Positions 58,691-64,000 of a stretch of DNA of 64,000 nucleotides are shown piece after piece. This DNA comes from a virus. The DNA is taken from the IMG/VR virus record IMGVR_UViG_3300031466_000074. One strand, given 5' to 3'. A program made the position numbers and the translations under genes. Numbering within the stretch: the stretch's first letter is position 1; every line of letters begins with the position of its first letter. The notes under the pieces were generated by a model that was not told the DNA's origin, searched no databases, and saw only the letters and a program-made list of their open reading frames with translations.

Positions 58691-61600
58691 TTATCGGACA
58701 GTGCTGAAGGTATCCTGAACCGAAACGTTCGGTACGGAGAACAACGGCTTCGTACTGCTGACATTGTGACCTTTTTGCGTATTCGCCGTCATGAACGCTT
58801 CACCCGAAGGACGACCCGCGATGGAGTAACGAACCTCCATATGTCCAGCATACCCCTTGGAGAAGAAGTCGTTCTTATCCGCTGGACTTTCAATACCTTG
58901 AATGGACATCGGGATCTTATCGCTGTAAGTGAAGTCCGGGATTTGGAAGATCGTAGTGTACTCATGAACCACCAAGACCGTGGTGTCCTCATTATACCAA
59001 GGACGACCCGAACGCCAGTCTTCTACACCGCGAGCTTGGTTCACCATATCGTACACCGACTTCATCTCATCGGTAAGCTGAGCGCCAGTACCGGACTCAA
59101 ATTGGACAAAGATGCCTTTATTATCCGGCGTGATACCCATTTGCTTGAGAGCTTCCATAAGTTCCGGATTCACCTTACTGAGATCGCGGTTGCCGTCTAC
59201 CCCCACCAAACGTCCACCACGAATTTCAAGCGTATGCACTACCGGAGAAGTCGGCGTACCGTCTTGCTCCACGCGTTGCATACCCGCAACACCGCCTACG
59301 TCCGCATTGTTAATGAGGTACTTGCCGTGGGTATTGAAAGTAGCCTCCCATTTACCTGTCGCATCGTTAAAGGTCAGGAAGCGGGAGAGAAACTCTCGAT
59401 TGATCGCTTGCGTGTTGTAAGACGTTCCCGGATTCCATGCTTGCTTGAGCGGCGTGTTACCAATATCAAGTGCATAGGTCTTGAACTCAACTACCCCCTC
59501 AGCCGCAACGCTGTTGGTCGTAGCCGAACCCTTGTAAATGACATCGGTACCGCTGGCGTTAAGACGAGTCGCCAGATCGCTTGCCTTCGGATCAGTTGCT
59601 ACCGACAGACCATTGACTTGCGGAGAGATAACCGGGTTGCGATAACGAATCGTATTATAGGTCACAGGCTTGATCTCCCGCAAACGGTCAGCCGCCGCGA
59701 ACGATACCCCCGAATTACCGCTTATGTCCGAGAACACCATCGCAACTTCAGGGTTGACCTTGAGCGTCGTATTTTCCACCTTAGTCTCGGTATACAAACC
59801 GTCGACCGAAGTGGTGGTCGGACTGATATTGTGTTGCTTATTCGATTCAGCCGGACGATAACGATTGAACCGCACGCTCAGATCCAGTGAACCGGGGATT
59901 TCCCCCATGATCATTGGAGCGGAACCACGCCCTATGCAAACCGAACCCTCCCCACAAGCGTAAGTGTAGGTGTAATGCCACATAGGTGCCGGATAATTCG
60001 GCTTAACCGGAAGTTGCACCAACTGCTTCACCGTAACGCGATCCGTCGCACCCGGTTGTCCTTGCGAAGTCGACGTGATCCGAGAATCGAACAAGTTGCT
60101 GATTCCAAGCCACGACGCCAAACGGATATTGTCTACATCCGTATTATGACGAACCGCAAGGAAATCGCCGTAAACATTGAAGACTTGCGAAGTAGATACA
60201 TCCCGAATGAGACTCGGAGTACCCCCAACTACTCGGTTGATGGCTTGGAGCCAAGACGGTTGCTCCAGAATCGGAGTTGCCAACGTATGCGACGCATTAT
60301 AGCGTGTAGCGACGTAACCACTGTACCCATTCGGTCGACTCAAAGTCACATAAGCAGGTACACTAGCGTCAGGCATCGAGAAGAACTTCGACAAACGCCA
60401 CTGCGGAACGTCATTCAACAAGTCCTTCGGTTGCGGACAAGTCGGGTCGTTCGGATTGTCTTTGCACCCCTCCTTAACAAACACAACCGGGATATACACA
60501 TCAATACGTGCATTGGAGTAACTACGAACAACACCACTAGCGTCCTCCACAGTACGATTGTAGTACTTATTCGTTACACCGTTCGCTTGCTCAACATCAC
60601 GCCCGCCGAGATAAGTGTAAAGTGTATCCGCGCTAGGGATATGTGTGCCAAACATGAAACTAAACTTCCCATCCTCCACAACAACAGTACCCCAGTTTGG
60701 ATTGGATTCCCCAGATTTATTCGGACTGAACCTAGCCGTAAGATGCTCTTCATCCGCCTCATCATAAACCCTTACAATCGGTTCAAGCTTCCCTTCAATC
60801 TGAGGGAAAATTACGAACGAATCTCCTTCAGGTGTAACGTAAGATGTGGTGATACTCCCTACCAACATCCCATTAAAATTAGGCGATGCGGCATCCTCCA
60901 ACTTACCGGAGAGGTCTGAACGCTCTTCGACATACTCGATACCATCAAGAGGGATCTTAATACGTCCACCATCTTCAGTTAATTTACCATTGAACTGAAC
61001 ATAATGGACATAGGTCTTATACTGCGGTTTGAATTCTGCTTCGTGACCGTACCATTGGAGGAATGACCAACCTGCAGTCGGGTTGCTCTTTTGCCCATTC
61101 ACCGGGTAGACGTTTTGATACGGGTTCGGAAGTGCCGGAACTTCCTTCGTATTCACCCGGAGAGCGCCAGCAAAAGTTTCGCGGGCATTACCGATAAAGG
61201 TGAAAGTCGGCGCGTCCTTCGCCACAGCCGCCGAAGCCGAAGTACCCCGACGTTCGGTACCCCAAACCACTTCGGATTGACGAGACGGGTTTTGAGACGT
61301 CCATTTCTTTGTGCTACCATAGTTCTTCCATTGTTCCGGGCTGGAAGACGCCTTGTAAGCCGGTTGATAAGTCCCTTCTTCACCAGCATGTTTAATCATA
61401 CCAGCGAGAAACCACTCAACCGCTTCCTGCATCGGGAACAAGGCTACCGGGTCACTGGTAGTGCGCTTACCGCCACCCTCAGTACGATAGAAACCGGGAA
61501 CCATTTGAGCGAAAAGGATCATGTTCTTACCAGAGAAGCTAGCGCGATAATGATCGGCAAGATCTTTCATCTCACGTACTCCAGACTCATCAAGGAGCTT

Positions 61601-64000
61601 TAAGTAATCCTTGAACACAGCCTCTTGAAACTCGATAGAAGAAGACGCATACTTACGCATTTGAGCGTATCTGTACGACGATTCACTTTCCTCACTACCC
61701 CGGTTGAGCAAATAATTGTACTTTTCACCCTTTGCCTCTACCATTTTCGCCAGATCAGTGTACTTTTGCAAGTTAAGAAGCACGCTGAAATAGTCACGCA
61801 TCAAAAGAGAAAGGTAAATTTTCGACTCAACAGTTTGAAGCTCTTTAAGCTCAGCGATAAGCTCCTCCTGAAGATTCCTTGCATCCTCGCGGTATTTTTC
61901 GAACTCCTCCGCGATTTTATCATCCAGATTAAAGTACTCTCTCATTTGCTCCATGTAAGCTTCTTGAAGGGCTTCACCAAGCGTCATTGTGCTAGCGCTA
62001 TTCGGTCCGACCCAAGCGCGATGACTATTGTCATACCCGCCTTGCTTTTGGATCGCCTTCCGAATCAAAGCGACAAACTGGTTGCTAGAATTGATATCTT
62101 TGATTACCCGCTTCTGGAAGTCCGCATTGGAACCTTTTCTGACGGAGCTACCCCCAACAATTGAGTTGCCATCCGTACCGAACTCCAGAACAGGACGCTT
62201 CGCCGCCCAGTCGAAAGTATAAAGCGACACACGATTTGAAGTCAGGATTTCATGTGACTCAGGTGTCGTTGCAACGTAGAAATAACCATTATACGCCTTA
62301 TCCGTAAAGATATAGCGAGTACCATTATAGGCTTCCTCTGCAAAGTACTCCGCCTTTTTGTCGCCCCAGATGAAGTTATTGTTGTCATCATCGGCAGGAC
62401 GGAAGCCTACTTGGATGATCGAGATGAGGTTGCTGGTCTTAATGCTTTCAGCCGGAGCTTTCGTCTTACCCGACTGCTCATCGCCGCGAGAACCACCCGA
62501 CGTTTGTCCATCTTCAGCATAAACTTGTTGCGGATAAACCGGGAAAATTCCGCCAATAAGTGTGGCAACAAGAAGAATAGACAGAGCTTGCTTTGCGAAA
62601 GTCAGTGTTTTCTTCTTTTTCCAATGCAAGAAATAGAAACCACCCGCAAGCAGAGCCGAGAAAACCAAGAGAATGATCAGGAAGACGATGTCGTCACCCG
62701 TATGCGGCGTCGTCACCGTACCCCCAAACACTACCCCAGCACCCAGAACGAGCTTAGTGAGTGTTTGATCCGATGCGATAACAACCGTGTTCACTTTACC
62801 CGAGTCGATGTCCTGCACCATATACACTTCGCCAGCAGAGACTGCGAAAGTCTTTGCATCAGTGCCGGAGAACTTCGTATCAGCGAGAGAATCAACATTC
62901 AAAAACTTGAAGTTGAACAACCTACCATCCTTGTCAACAGACAGGATATACTTCGGAGTGAGGGTGACACCGATAGTGGCTTTCTTACCCTTCTCCAACT
63001 TCAACGTTTGCACCGAGAGCTTGGCGTTAGCATTTTCCGACGTAACAGATACCTTGTACTCACCAGCCGGGAGATAGAAGGTTTGCTCTTTCTCCGTCAG
63101 AGAGAAAGTAAAAGTGTTACCTTCGCTGTTCGTCAGATCAAGCGAAGCGTTACCCCACTTATCGCTCAAGTTCGTGGTACCGTTGAGATCATTGGTTGTG
63201 GTGATCGTGAAAGCAACGGAATCGTCCTCCACAACCTCATCGTTCTCACCCAGTTGAGCAGTTACCCCCGGTGGGTGATACAGAAGGTTGACCGTCTCAA
63301 TACCGTAACTATTATTGAGATTCATCAAGGATACCGTATGATAACCCGTGGTGGACTTTACTTGCTTCGGATCTTGCGTAGCGGCAAGACGACCTTCCGT
63401 AATGACCGCAAAAGATGCACTTGGAAGGCTCTTCGTCTTAATGGTTGCCACACCTTTATCGTCCGACTTCAGTTCGACCTTCTTCCCATCATGCACAATG
63501 GTAAAAGGCTGATTCTTGAGCGGATTCCCGTTCGTATCCTTCAAGTAGAAGACCGTGACATCCTTTTGAAGGGTCAGCACCATACGAAGCGGGTTACCCT
63601 TCGAAGCCAATACCCCACGATAGGAAGGATTGTCATCCATGTCGTAGAACTGCTTGGAATCCAGCGTTACCGGGATATACTCATTCACATCCGCTCTCCA
63701 CTCATGCCACTCGATCTCGTCTTCCAACTCATTGAGCGGAGTACGAGTTTCCGTGTAGTAATACAACCCCTTAACTTCCGGGCTGGCAGACAAGAGAGTG
63801 ATATGGTACGTATCTCCTTCCTTCAACGCCGAAGGAAGCTGGAACGCCAACTCATAGGCTTGCTTTTCTTCATTGTAATTGGAAGGAGAAGCCGTCGCTT
63901 TGGCGATCTGCTTCGAGGAAGCGTCACTCAAACCCACCTCAAAAGTGGGTACAGTTCCAAGAGCGTTGGAATGCTCCTCGATAGCGATTTGCAAGTAGAA
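58691..64000 (-). CDS. very large surface protein (5' end outside window) with internal sortase-type signal and second signal peptide
   Basis: >1760 aa open to window edge; beta-rich Ig-like segments; TPHTG-TM-KKKK-TM-VYA. Confidence 0.8.
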   Translation of the reverse strand, partial: FYLQIAIEEHSNALGTVPTFEVGLSDASSKQIAKATASPSNYNEEKQAYELAFQLPSALKEGDTYHITLLSASPEVKGLYYYTETRTPLNELEDEIEWHEWRADVNEYIPVTLDSKQFYDMDDNPSYRGVLASKGNPLRMVLTLQKDVTVFYLKDTNGNPLKNQPFTIVHDGKKVELKSDDKGVATIKTKSLPSASFAVITEGRLAATQDPKQVKSTTGYHTVSLMNLNNSYGIETVNLLYHPPGVTAQLGENDEVVEDDSVAFTITTTNDLNGTTNLSDKWGNASLDLTNSEGNTFTFSLTEKEQTFYLPAGEYKVSVTSENANAKLSVQTLKLEKGKKATIGVTLTPKYILSVDKDGRLFNFKFLNVDSLADTKFSGTDAKTFAVSAGEVYMVQDIDSGKVNTVVIASDQTLTKLVLGAGVVFGGTVTTPHTGDDIVFLIILLVFSALLAGGFYFLHWKKKKTLTFAKQALSILLVATLIGGIFPVYPQQVYAEDGQTSGGSRGDEQSGKTKAPAESIKTSNLISIIQVGFRPADDDNNNFIWGDKKAEYFAEEAYNGTRYIFTDKAYNGYFYVATTPESHEILTSNRVSLYTFDWAAKRPVLEFGTDGNSIVGGSSVRKGSNADFQKRVIKDINSSNQFVALIRKAIQKQGGYDNSHRAWVGPNSASTMTLGEALQEAYMEQMREYFNLDDKIAEEFEKYREDARNLQEELIAELKELQTVESKIYLSLLMRDYFSVLLNLQKYTDLAKMVEAKGEKYNYLLNRGSEESESSYRYAQMRKYASSSIEFQEAVFKDYLKLLDESGVREMKDLADHYRASFSGKNMILFAQMVPGFYRTEGGGKRTTSDPVALFPMQEAVEWFLAGMIKHAGEEGTYQPAYKASSSPEQWKNYGSTKKWTSQNPSRQSEVVWGTERRGTSASAAVAKDAPTFTFIGNARETFAGALRVNTKEVPALPNPYQNVYPVNGQKSNPTAGWSFLQWYGHEAEFKPQYKTYVHYVQFNGKLTEDGGRIKIPLDGIEYVEERSDLSGKLEDAASPNFNGMLVGSITTSYVTPEGDSFVIFPQIEGKLEPIVRVYDEADEEHLTARFSPNKSGESNPNWGTVVVEDGKFSFMFGTHIPSADTLYTYLGGRDVEQANGVTNKYYNRTVEDASGVVRSYSNARIDVYIPVVFVKEGCKDNPNDPTCPQPKDLLNDVPQWRLSKFFSMPDASVPAYVTLSRPNGYSGYVATRYNASHTLATPILEQPSWLQAINRVVGGTPSLIRDVSTSQVFNVYGDFLAVRHNTDVDNIRLASWLGISNLFDSRITSTSQGQPGATDRVTVKQLVQLPVKPNYPAPMWHYTYTYACGEGSVCIGRGSAPMIMGEIPGSLDLSVRFNRYRPAESNKQHNISPTTTSVDGLYTETKVENTTLKVNPEVAMVFSDISGNSGVSFAAADRLREIKPVTYNTIRYRNPVISPQVNGLSVATDPKASDLATRLNASGTDVIYKGSATTNSVAAEGVVEFKTYALDIGNTPLKQAWNPGTSYNTQAINREFLSRFLTFNDATGKWEATFNTHGKYLINNADVGGVAGMQRVEQDGTPTSPVVHTLEIRGGRLVGVDGNRDLSKVNPELMEALKQMGITPDNKGIFVQFESGTGAQLTDEMKSVYDMVNQARGVEDWRSGRPWYNEDTTVLVVHEYTTIFQIPDFTYSDKIPMSIQGIESPADKNDFFSKGYAGHMEVRYSIAGRPSGEAFMTANTQKGHNVSSTKPLFSVPNVSVQDTFSTVR

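Overview
Dense, almost entirely minus-strand segment of what looks like a very large extrachromosomal element (jumbo phage or megaplasmid; no virion or replication genes in this window). The host is probably in Bacillales/Paenibacillaceae, judged from sigmaA-type promoters, a copper-amine-oxidase stalk-domain protein, Asp23 and YitT. Cargo includes nucleotide genes (thyA, tmk, PurA-like), a Type IIG-like R-M fusion, DprA/SLOG proteins with a nucleotidyltransferase, a Psp module, a chemoreceptor and many surface proteins. The non-coding content is the most striking part. There are three tRNA clusters (about 17 tRNA genes), including a Ser-type body with an Arg (UCU) anticodon and a Leu-type long-arm tRNA-His. 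There are also several tRNA-like RNAs with remodelled anticodon arms, a 516-nt tmRNA inside a five-RNA operon, and a stand-alone ~300-nt structured RNA. The best candidate for an undescribed system is a TROVE/Ro60-like vWA protein (DUF2828-like) co-transcribed with an array of three Y-RNA-like stem-loops sharing an unpaired UCCAGCAA motif. A strand-biased hexamer (TACCCC on +) recurs throughout. All protein calls come from motif recognition by eye, not from database searches.
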